A DNA stretch of 64,000 nt from a virus (lineage: Duplodnaviria > Caudoviricetes). The number at the start of each line of letters is the position of its first letter. The stretch's first letter is position 1. The DNA lies in IMG/VR virus record IMGVR_UViG_3300005837_000196, positions 65-64,064 of that record; one strand, given 5' to 3'. The notes under the pieces were generated by a model, which ran no database searches, was not told the origin of the DNA, and saw only the letters and a list, made by a program, of their open reading frames with translations. A program made the position numbers and the translations under genes. Of this stretch, positions 36,301 through 43,900 are shown in pieces.

Positions 36301-39300
36301 AAAAAAGTGGAATCATTTTCTATAGCTAATCTTGATATTTCTTGATTAGATAAATTATATTCTTTTTTAGCTTGATCTAATAAACTTTTAGAAAACTTAA
36401 AATTTTCATTTCTATCTATTTGTTTAGATATTTCTAACATTAAATCATTAGGTAGTTCTTCACCTGTTATTTCTAATATATTTTTATATTTTTTAACTAC
36501 ATCTGGATTTTTTAAAACCTCCATAGTTGCGTCAAAAGCTATTTCTTCCGCTACAGCTTCAACAATAGCCGTTTTTCTAGTTCCTTGTGTAGATCTACCA
36601 ACATCAGAACCTAAAAAGTATTTTATAAATTCAGCTTTACTTATTTTCTTTTTAGTATATACTTTATTTCCTTCAGCTGTTTGTTCTCGCACGTGCTTAC
36701 CGTTTTTATCTAAAACAGGTTCTTGGAAATCTTTAAATCTTCTATTAATTAAAGACTGAGGAAGCTTATTATATATTGCTTCAAAATTATCACGCAGGAA
36801 AGACTCATACGCTTCTTGCTTGCCTGCAAACTTAGCCATAGGCTTTTTAAGCTCAGTTCTAAAACGCTTTTGTAGTTCTATTCTAAACTTAGGATCTTGA
36901 GGATTTGGTAAACGAGTACCGAATGTTTTTATTACAGCTTCTTTAACCGTGTTTATAAGCTCCTCAGGAAGTCCAATTTCTTTACGTAGACTTTTTATCT
37001 CATCAGCTATTTCAGCTTGTTCAGGAGCTTCTATTGTTTCTTCTGTAGTTGTATCAGTTACTCCTTTTGCTTCAGTTACATCTAATTTAAATTCTGTGTC
37101 TAATATACGATTAGCGGCTTCAATAGCTCTATTAGGCAATTGACCTTGTATATATGTATTTAGTGTAGCACCTTTAGATGGATCATAAGCGTTTATAAGG
37201 TCTAACAATCCACGTTTGGCTATTTCAATTTCACTCTGAAGTAATTCAAAATCAAAACCAGGTACATCTCTATATTTATTTGTTAAGCGTGTTGTTAATG
37301 GTTTATAAGCCTCTATAATTTCAAAAGCCCCATCTTTACCTTTTTCGTCAAATATTTTTTGAATATTTTCCCCGCTAATTTTAGATTCTTTTTTTTCTGA
37401 TGTTTTCTTTTCTGGATCACCTCCGGTAGCTACATTTAATTTTCTTTTGCTGTAAACGCTTTTTGTTAATTGATTAATAAAATTAAAAGCATTTTGAGCA
37501 TTATCTATTCTAAAATTATCAACTTCTTCGCTGCCTACAATTTTACTAAGAGCTTGTTTTATTTTATAAGCTAAATTGTTTAAAAAAGATTCATCAGACT
37601 TTTTTATTTCATTTGATGCGATTTGCTCACCTATAGCTGTAAGTAATTCTTCCGATTGATCTTTAGAGTTTTTATAAAGATTGTATTTAGCTAATACATT
37701 ATTATATTGTTGCTCAGTAAATTCACCGTTATCTTTTCTTGTTTTAAATTCTTTAAGAACTTCTTCTTTTATAGCATCAAACTCTTCTTGTTCAAATCCT
37801 TTTTTACTTATAATAGCGTGAGTATATTCATGTAAAACTACATGAGGATTGCTACCTAAAGAGTTTGTATTGATTGTAATTGTATTAGTATCTACATCCC
37901 ATAAAGCTTCTGTTCCTTTACCTAATTCTTTAAAATCTATTTTATTAAATGCTTTTGTTGTTTTATTATGTTGTTCAACTAATGCAATTTCTTTTTCAAC
38001 TATTAATAAATTTCTTTCTCTATCCCCCGTTACAAGTTCCTTATCTCCTTCTATTTTTTTGTATGGCTTTAATCTACCATCGCTGCTATTTAAAAGACTT
38101 TGTTTGTCAGACTGATAACCGTTTATTTTTTCTACAATTTCTTGTCTTAAACTTTCTTTGGTAGCTTCATCTATATTTTTAGAGCTAGCTATTTCAGACC
38201 ATCTTTCAATTTCTTTTCTACTTAGTCTATCATACTCAAAAACTTCTTGTTGCTGTTCTCCATTAAGCCTTAAAAATCTAGCAGAGCTTATATCTTGATC
38301 GTCTTTTAAATCTTTTATTTCATTGTTTATTTCTTTTTGAAGCGCTCTTTTTTCTTGTGGTGTTAGATTTTTATTAGTAAGCTGTGCGGCAAGACTATTT
38401 ATTTTATCTACTCTTTTTTTAATAATAGATTTATCTGATTTGGTAGCAATAACATCCCTAACAGCTGCTTGAGCTACTACCCCCACATTTATTGTTTTAA
38501 ACCCATTTCCTATTAAAGCTCCTTGAGCTGCTGCTTCGCTAACACCATCAAGATAACTTTTTGTTTTGTCACCAAATATATGAATATCAGCTATATTTTG
38601 AGTTAAAGTGGTTAATCCTTCTGAAGCAGATTCCATACCTACCCCTGCCGGGTATGCCGCAACACTTTTAACTAATGCTTTTTTAAATCCGTTTTTAGCT
38701 ATTAATTCACTAACGTTTGAAATATCACGAATTGCTCTTATAGTAGGTATTTCAAAAACAAACTCAGCTGTACCATAAAGAGCAGCCGTACCTAATCTAG
38801 TTAAATCGCTAACGTTTAAATAGTTGTATTGTAAATCTAATTGCTTTTGTAATTGATTTTTTGTTTTTAAATCTTTTTCGTTTTTAATAGCCTCTTCTAA
38901 AGCAGGAATACTTTTTATAGCCTTACGCTTGCCAAGAGCAAAATCTGACATTTTACTTCCAAAACCACTAGCAAAAAACAAGGGCATTGCAGCAGCTCCT
39001 GTTGAAGCCATTAATCCTGACGGTATAAAATTAACTAACCCATCAGCCGCCCAAGTTCCAAAAGTATTCCAATCACTAATTGATTCTACTTCTATAGGTT
39101 TAGCTAAATCTTGCTCAGCTTCTTCCGCAAGTTCTTCCCTATAATCAATTAAATCATTTGTGTATGATTTTTTTCTGCCTTCTTCGGATTTAAGTATATC
39201 CAATGCTGCCATTGGTCCTACTGCTAAATCAACCGCTAATGTTTTAAACCTATTTTCTAATAAAGTTATTTTACTATAATCTCTTTTAAAATCGTCTAAA

Positions 39301-40076
39301 ATATTAAGAGTATTTTTATCATTTAAATTTTTAGAAAGTTTTTGTAAGTTTTGATGAGTTATTTTTAAATCTTCTATTTTATCTTTTAAATTTAAAACAT
39401 CCTCTTTGCTATAGTTTTTATTTAAATTAAAAGAATCTATGCTTTGTTGTATTTGATTACTTTCATTATTAAAGTTAGCAAGATCTATATTGTATTTTTC
39501 TAACTCTTCATTATATAAATTAGATTTTCTATTATATAAACTTTGTCTTTTATATGAAGGCAAATCTGCTAAAAAAGCTGTTCTTTTAGCCTGTTGTTTT
39601 TTGTTTATTTCTTCATTAGATAAAACTTCAGAAGTTTCAAATAATTTACCGTTTGAATTTTTCCAATAATCAAATTCGTCTTTTTCTTCAAGCTTAAATT
39701 TACCTTGTTGAAAACGTTTTAATTTAGATTCTTTTTTATTTTTATTTTCTTTTTCTACATTAATATTACCAACCTCAATATAATTATTTTCAATTTCATC
39801 TAATTCTTTATCTGATATTGGATCAAGAATAAATTCAGTTTGAGCGGATGTACCTGTTTTAACTGTTTCTGGTAATTCCAAAGAAATATCTACCGATTGT
39901 GATTCCGTAGGAGTTAATTCGGGTGCTGCAATTTCCTCCACAACCGCACCCGGTGTCGTGGGAGATGTCTTTCCCGGCTCTTTAGTTTTAACAGCCTTAG
40001 GATTATCTTTTTGAAATTGATCTACAATATTATCTGGAATATTGTAAGTTTCCTCATTTAATTTAAATATAGGCAT
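33393..40076 (-). CDS. Giant internal virion/ejection (polyvalent-like) protein
   Basis: 2227 aa, helical; HEYTH zincin motif (37818-37832), sigma region-2-like segment (about 37110-37330), PD-(D/E)XK-like segment (about 36060-36120); position after two smaller putative ejection genes. Confidence 0.75.
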   Translation of the reverse strand: MPIFKLNEETYNIPDNIVDQFQKDNPKAVKTKEPGKTSPTTPGAVVEEIAAPELTPTESQSVDISLELPETVKTGTSAQTEFILDPISDKELDEIENNYIEVGNINVEKENKNKKESKLKRFQQGKFKLEEKDEFDYWKNSNGKLFETSEVLSNEEINKKQQAKRTAFLADLPSYKRQSLYNRKSNLYNEELEKYNIDLANFNNESNQIQQSIDSFNLNKNYSKEDVLNLKDKIEDLKITHQNLQKLSKNLNDKNTLNILDDFKRDYSKITLLENRFKTLAVDLAVGPMAALDILKSEEGRKKSYTNDLIDYREELAEEAEQDLAKPIEVESISDWNTFGTWAADGLVNFIPSGLMASTGAAAMPLFFASGFGSKMSDFALGKRKAIKSIPALEEAIKNEKDLKTKNQLQKQLDLQYNYLNVSDLTRLGTAALYGTAEFVFEIPTIRAIRDISNVSELIAKNGFKKALVKSVAAYPAGVGMESASEGLTTLTQNIADIHIFGDKTKSYLDGVSEAAAQGALIGNGFKTINVGVVAQAAVRDVIATKSDKSIIKKRVDKINSLAAQLTNKNLTPQEKRALQKEINNEIKDLKDDQDISSARFLRLNGEQQQEVFEYDRLSRKEIERWSEIASSKNIDEATKESLRQEIVEKINGYQSDKQSLLNSSDGRLKPYKKIEGDKELVTGDRERNLLIVEKEIALVEQHNKTTKAFNKIDFKELGKGTEALWDVDTNTITINTNSLGSNPHVVLHEYTHAIISKKGFEQEEFDAIKEEVLKEFKTRKDNGEFTEQQYNNVLAKYNLYKNSKDQSEELLTAIGEQIASNEIKKSDESFLNNLAYKIKQALSKIVGSEEVDNFRIDNAQNAFNFINQLTKSVYSKRKLNVATGGDPEKKTSEKKESKISGENIQKIFDEKGKDGAFEIIEAYKPLTTRLTNKYRDVPGFDFELLQSEIEIAKRGLLDLINAYDPSKGATLNTYIQGQLPNRAIEAANRILDTEFKLDVTEAKGVTDTTTEETIEAPEQAEIADEIKSLRKEIGLPEELINTVKEAVIKTFGTRLPNPQDPKFRIELQKRFRTELKKPMAKFAGKQEAYESFLRDNFEAIYNKLPQSLINRRFKDFQEPVLDKNGKHVREQTAEGNKVYTKKKISKAEFIKYFLGSDVGRSTQGTRKTAIVEAVAEEIAFDATMEVLKNPDVVKKYKNILEITGEELPNDLMLEISKQIDRNENFKFSKSLLDQAKKEYNLSNQEISRLAIENDSTFLQNKYPILYKLFNDASERDIKNASDAIEKENLQIFNKSEAIISDSNILNVIDDKIAGDDGSRVDHHLIIHGKKTGIETKMNYSARYGQLELKFEIIGNDVVLNSVLNKGEDFINIASLLNFYSPFKKALLNYTKKANIKKNRDKISFELKEKLKNEGFQKTVAFKSPIQIDAIKTHYINKTKDGFKGDYILIGEDIYHFGINPLNLKVPELKGNAQIEVRLKLSKDKNNEVAVRLIAEYRIPKVEKTNKVSIKNEKEFVNLIKETDVKFSKSLSRQFEEDILQKTTGVSYLEKFSPVEARLKAKGKGKKLFIPYSADDFVGLLYATLGKGKVGDQQMEWYKENLLRPFSRGIQQYEASKQKALRDWTALKKEAQKDVPGGLDKRNETGLTNQDAVRIYIWTKQGDDIPGIERSPKLVEKNLKIVNANKELKAFAERLISLNPEGYPKPGKNWDSGDITTDIVSYIDGPRRAEFLTEWKQRADLIFNENNIEKLRALYGERYVDALQNILERMYTGKNRRQGLSKIEQRFMDWTNNSVGAIMFFNARSAVLQTLSAVNFINFSDNNPINAGIAFANQKQYWNDFSTLFNSDFLKQRRSGLQTDINADEIARAAKGAKNTARAALSAILKFGFTPTQIADSFAIASGGATFYRNRIKKYIQEEYDNRTNKYLKQRIPAKEIKRKVDSELKEIEKIAERKAFTDFQEIAEETQQSARPDRISMEQAGSLGRLILAFGNTPMQYARLTKKATLDLINGRGDWKTNISKIAYYSVIQNIIFSALQQGLFALLFDDEDDEKEQSRLFRIGNSSLDTFMRGSGVYGAAAATVKNIILEIIEQSKKSRPDYTQIAIEATSLSPPINSKLRKLESAGKVFTYKQSREKVFTEGFSLENPAFLAAGKVISAGTNLPADRIVQKADHIKTAMESETELWQSIALSLGWSEWDLNMIERQTKKSKDPAKIIRRIERKLNKY

Positions 40077-41581
40077 TATTGAGTTATTTTATATTGTGAA
40101 TAATCAGTTTTAGAAGTAGTATCTGTTCCTATATTAAGATTATTAATAATCTCTTTCATTTGAGAATTAGTTAATCTTTTTGCAGCTGATAACTTTCTAT
40201 TATAAGCAGATAAAAGGCCATTTATATCATTGACTGGTTGGCCATTAATAATTATTAAAGCATTACCATATTTTTTATTATAAAAGCTTTCAGCTTCTTT
40301 TCTTGAATATTTAAGAGTCGGATCTTCCATCAAGCTTTCAATTAAAGTTTCTTTTGTTGCACCAGGATCTGCAATTTCAGAATCTCCAAATATAGGTTCG
40401 TCTTTTACAATATTAACAATAGCCTGCGTAGTTAGTGGTTTTGAAGTTTTCTTTATTTCTTCAATTTTTTCTTCTTTTTCTTTTTTATTTAGTTTTTCAT
40501 CTGCCCCTATGATAGCTATTTCTTTAGCTTGTTGTGATGTTGTTGCTGAAAGAGAAGCAGGTAATTTATCATACACACTTTGAAGCATGTTGGCCGCATC
40601 TCCATAATAATCAGTTTCAGTTTTTCCAGCATTTTTAATTTTAAGCTTTCTATCGTATTCCGCTTTATTAGAAAGAAATGTAGATTCATAAGCTCCTTTA
40701 ATTGTTGTTTTTATAAGATCTCTTAAATCTGCTTTATCTTTAATATTATCAATTCTTCCATCTTCATCAAAATCTTCTTTTGCTCTTTCTATAAGAGGTA
40801 TATTATTAGGGTTAATTTTTTTTGGATCATCATACCCAATATGGTCTATTAAAACGCTTAATGCGTCTAAATCAGATAATTTTACCGCATCTAAACCATT
40901 ATTTAAATTATCCATATAAAATTGTCTGCTTGATCCATCTGATCCAAATTTTATAGCCGTTTTATTTGCAACGTCTAATAATTCTAAATATTTATCTGAT
41001 CTTTTATTTATATATTTTTTATTTATTACATCACTCCAATTCGATGTACCTTTTCCGTCTTTAAAATCAAATTTAAAATCATCTGTTATTTCAAATTCCC
41101 CTCTTATCATTTTCCCAACATGGTCACTTAACTCCGGAGCATTTATTTTACTTATATCGTCTGGAGTAACATCTGCTATATCAGCAACATAAGCATTATA
41201 ATCATTAGACATTCCTTTTATCATAGATATTTCTCTTTCAGCAGCTACAGCAATTTCAGCTTGTTGAACCGGATTATTTGAAGCTTTTATTGCATCAATT
41301 GCTTTTTGTCTTACTTTTTTAGCAGCTTTCATTACAACGGGTCTAAATTCAGCAGCAACACCTGAAGGATCAATATTACCTAAAACATTTATCGCTTGAG
41401 CTGTGTTATCTTCTTGACGAATTTGTTCTTTGCGGGCGCGAACTTCTGCTCTTTCGCGTCTAGCTCTTTGCTCTGCAAATATTTTTTCGCCTTTTTGCAC
41501 AGCTGGTTCTAATGCTCCTGCAACATCTGCGGGTCTACCTAAACCTAGTGCTTGTCCAATTAATCTTGTATCTAATGCCAT
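40076..41581 (-). CDS. Putative ejection/internal virion protein
   Basis: 501 aa, helical and charged, N-terminal coiled coil; position in the podovirus ejectosome cluster. Confidence 0.6.
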   Translation of the reverse strand: MALDTRLIGQALGLGRPADVAGALEPAVQKGEKIFAEQRARRERAEVRARKEQIRQEDNTAQAINVLGNIDPSGVAAEFRPVVMKAAKKVRQKAIDAIKASNNPVQQAEIAVAAEREISMIKGMSNDYNAYVADIADVTPDDISKINAPELSDHVGKMIRGEFEITDDFKFDFKDGKGTSNWSDVINKKYINKRSDKYLELLDVANKTAIKFGSDGSSRQFYMDNLNNGLDAVKLSDLDALSVLIDHIGYDDPKKINPNNIPLIERAKEDFDEDGRIDNIKDKADLRDLIKTTIKGAYESTFLSNKAEYDRKLKIKNAGKTETDYYGDAANMLQSVYDKLPASLSATTSQQAKEIAIIGADEKLNKKEKEEKIEEIKKTSKPLTTQAIVNIVKDEPIFGDSEIADPGATKETLIESLMEDPTLKYSRKEAESFYNKKYGNALIIINGQPVNDINGLLSAYNRKLSAAKRLTNSQMKEIINNLNIGTDTTSKTDYSQYKITQ

Positions 41582-41597
41582 AATATTTTATTTTATT

Positions 41598-42389
41598 TTA
41601 GATGCTGCCTACTGCACCACCTAAAAACCCTTCAATTATTTTTCCTCCTTTATCTACAGCTTCGCTTGCCCCACCTGTTGCTGCAGCCGCAGCCACTCTT
41701 CCAGCACCAACTACTACATTGCCTACGCCTCCAATTAAACCTTCTGTTGCAGCACGCCTTGCCTCATCTGCTGCTAATTTTCTTGCTGCAGCAGTTTCAT
41801 ACATATCTTCAACTCTACCAAACTCACGTTCTTGCACATATTGAGCACCGCGAGATCTGGTTTGTTCTAATTGTTGTTGTCCTCTAGCTCGCATTAATTG
41901 ATTTTGTTGCTCTTGTCTTCCAATATCTGCTGCCGCCGCTTGGAATCCTTGTTGCTGTTGTTGTGCTATTGCTTGTGCCAATGCTCCAATACCAGAGCTG
42001 CCTGCAGCGCTTTGTAAATTAGATAATGTTCCAGCTAATGCTTGTTGTTGTTGTTGAGCAGAAAACTGCGCAGCCTGTTGATTAACAGTTAAATCTTCAA
42101 AAGGGTTAGTCATATTAGCTGTAGGATCCTGGAACTGAAATTGTTCATATGCCTGTCTTTGGTCAGCTAGCTCGGCTCTTGCTTGTCTTTGCTCTCTTCT
42201 TCTGGCTCCACCTCCAATAATACCTGTACCAATTCCGGCTAATCCTTGTGCTATTTGTCCAAAAGCACCTGGGTCTTCTTTTGATGTTGCTGAAATAGCG
42301 GGCTTTGCAGATGCATAAAGATTTTTTGCTCCTGCACCTGCTTTTTGTAAAAAATTTAATTTTTCAGATTCTACCCCCGGTAATCCCAT
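41598..42389 (-). CDS. Putative ejection (channel-forming) protein
   Basis: Gly/Ala-rich hydrophobic stretches at both ends and a Gln-rich coiled coil. Confidence 0.65.
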   Translation of the reverse strand: MGLPGVESEKLNFLQKAGAGAKNLYASAKPAISATSKEDPGAFGQIAQGLAGIGTGIIGGGARRREQRQARAELADQRQAYEQFQFQDPTANMTNPFEDLTVNQQAAQFSAQQQQQALAGTLSNLQSAAGSSGIGALAQAIAQQQQQGFQAAAADIGRQEQQNQLMRARGQQQLEQTRSRGAQYVQEREFGRVEDMYETAAARKLAADEARRAATEGLIGGVGNVVVGAGRVAAAAATGGASEAVDKGGKIIEGFLGGAVGSI

Positions 42390-42400
42390 ATTATTATTTT

Positions 42401-42724
42401 TTAATTACTACTTAAATTTACTTCAGAGTTTACAGCATATAATTCTGCAAATTCTGTTGATGTGTTTTCTAAAGTTACGGTGGCATGATAACCAACTAAC
42501 CCACTAGTATTTATTACATTATTTTTAGCAAACATAAAAAAGCTATTACTAGACGGTCTTATGTTTGTATCAAGTATATCAGCTACTAAAGATAAACGAT
42601 CTGAAGCAATGCTAGTGCACTCTCCTAATTCCACAATGTCTTTGTTTTTTTCAAAGTAAACAATATCACCTACCTGTAAAGATTGGTTTATTGCGTTTTC
42701 AAATGTTATTGTTATATCTGCCAT
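42401..42724 (-). CDS. Small tail-associated protein
   Basis: 107 aa, INQSLQVGDIVYF...SGLVGYHATV; follows the tail genes. Confidence 0.6.
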   Translation of the reverse strand: MADITITFENAINQSLQVGDIVYFEKNKDIVELGECTSIASDRLSLVADILDTNIRPSSNSFFMFAKNNVINTSGLVGYHATVTLENTSTEFAELYAVNSEVNLSSN

Positions 42725-42726
42725 AA

Positions 42727-43899
42727 TTAATCTCCACTACCAGGTCTTAATAAGTTTCTAATGTTATTTAAATTTTGATTAGCACAAGAAACTGCGGATT
42801 CCCATCCAGTACCTCCTAATGGAGCATATATGTATATAAAAGCTTTTGTTTCTGTACTTGTTTTCGTCCATTGATGAAAAAATCCTTCATTCCCAACACC
42901 ATAATCTTGATCATTTATAACGGTTGAATTTGGCAAACCTCTTCTTGACAATGCATTATTTACAGCTGTTTGGTAAGAAGACGGAGTACCTGATGTTATA
43001 TAACCTGTATCAACCTTTATTACACCATCATGAATCAATACAAATCTGTCAGGTTTTGAATATGCGTTTGCATAAAATTCAGCAGCTCCAGTTGCTGACC
43101 CAATATTAACTTCAATTTTTTGTGGGAAAAATTGCCCTCCACTAAAATAAGCAATATTTGAGCATACGTTTTGCACTTGATCAGGCGTTGCTGCATCTGG
43201 AACAGACGTTCCATCTGATAATTCAGTTATAATTTTTTCAGTTACTTGTTCTATTTTATCACGCATAGTTTTTATAAACTTGCCGTCATAATAATAATCT
43301 ATATAAATGTAACCTTCTCTATCATCATTTGTATTATTTTCTGCAACATTAAAAGTTGCTTTATCACCAACAGTAGCTACATTTTTAATACCATTACTGC
43401 CTCTTTCTAATTCAACAACATTCCCGCTTGTTTTAGTAAATGTAATCCAGCTTAAATCTGTTCTAGCTTTCCAAGTAATTTTATTATCCCATCCAATAGG
43501 CGAACTATTTAATTCAGGCGTTATATACCCAGTTCCTGCATTACCTAAAAATTCATCAAGTTGACCGTTTGATTTGTCTTTACCAAAAGTTAATGCCCAA
43601 GAGTCTGTATCAAAAGAAAACTGGTTTATATTCCATATTCTATTATCGTCAATTACAAAATCATTAGCGTCAACAATACCATCTCCATCCGTATCAATAA
43701 CATTAGGATCTGGCTTAGCAACTGTTATAGAAAAAGTAGTATTAGCACTATTAAAATTAGCAGTAGCTGCTTGGTTAATAGTAATAATAGAAGATCCTAA
43801 ACCTTGAACGTCAGCCGTAGTTCCTGTAATATCTACAACATTATTATTAGATGATGTTAATGTTATTGTGCCTGGACTATCAGATTTTATTATTGACAT
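42727..43899 (-). CDS. Tail adhesin: partial Ig-like repeat, DxDGDG loop, BACON-like domain and C-terminal beta domain
   Basis: WKARTDLSWITF...FNVAENNTNDDREGYIYI is BACON-like; DTDGDGIVD is a Ca-binding-like loop. Confidence 0.65.
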   Translation of the reverse strand: MSIIKSDSPGTITLTSSNNNVVDITGTTADVQGLGSSIITINQAATANFNSANTTFSITVAKPDPNVIDTDGDGIVDANDFVIDDNRIWNINQFSFDTDSWALTFGKDKSNGQLDEFLGNAGTGYITPELNSSPIGWDNKITWKARTDLSWITFTKTSGNVVELERGSNGIKNVATVGDKATFNVAENNTNDDREGYIYIDYYYDGKFIKTMRDKIEQVTEKIITELSDGTSVPDAATPDQVQNVCSNIAYFSGGQFFPQKIEVNIGSATGAAEFYANAYSKPDRFVLIHDGVIKVDTGYITSGTPSSYQTAVNNALSRRGLPNSTVINDQDYGVGNEGFFHQWTKTSTETKAFIYIYAPLGGTGWESAVSCANQNLNNIRNLLRPGSGD

Positions 43900-43900
43900 A

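Noticed and set aside
33393-40076. Virion-packaged RNA polymerase as in N4 or crAss-like phages
   Set aside because: No DxDGD/DFDID-type or T7-type catalytic motif found by eye in the 2227-aa protein
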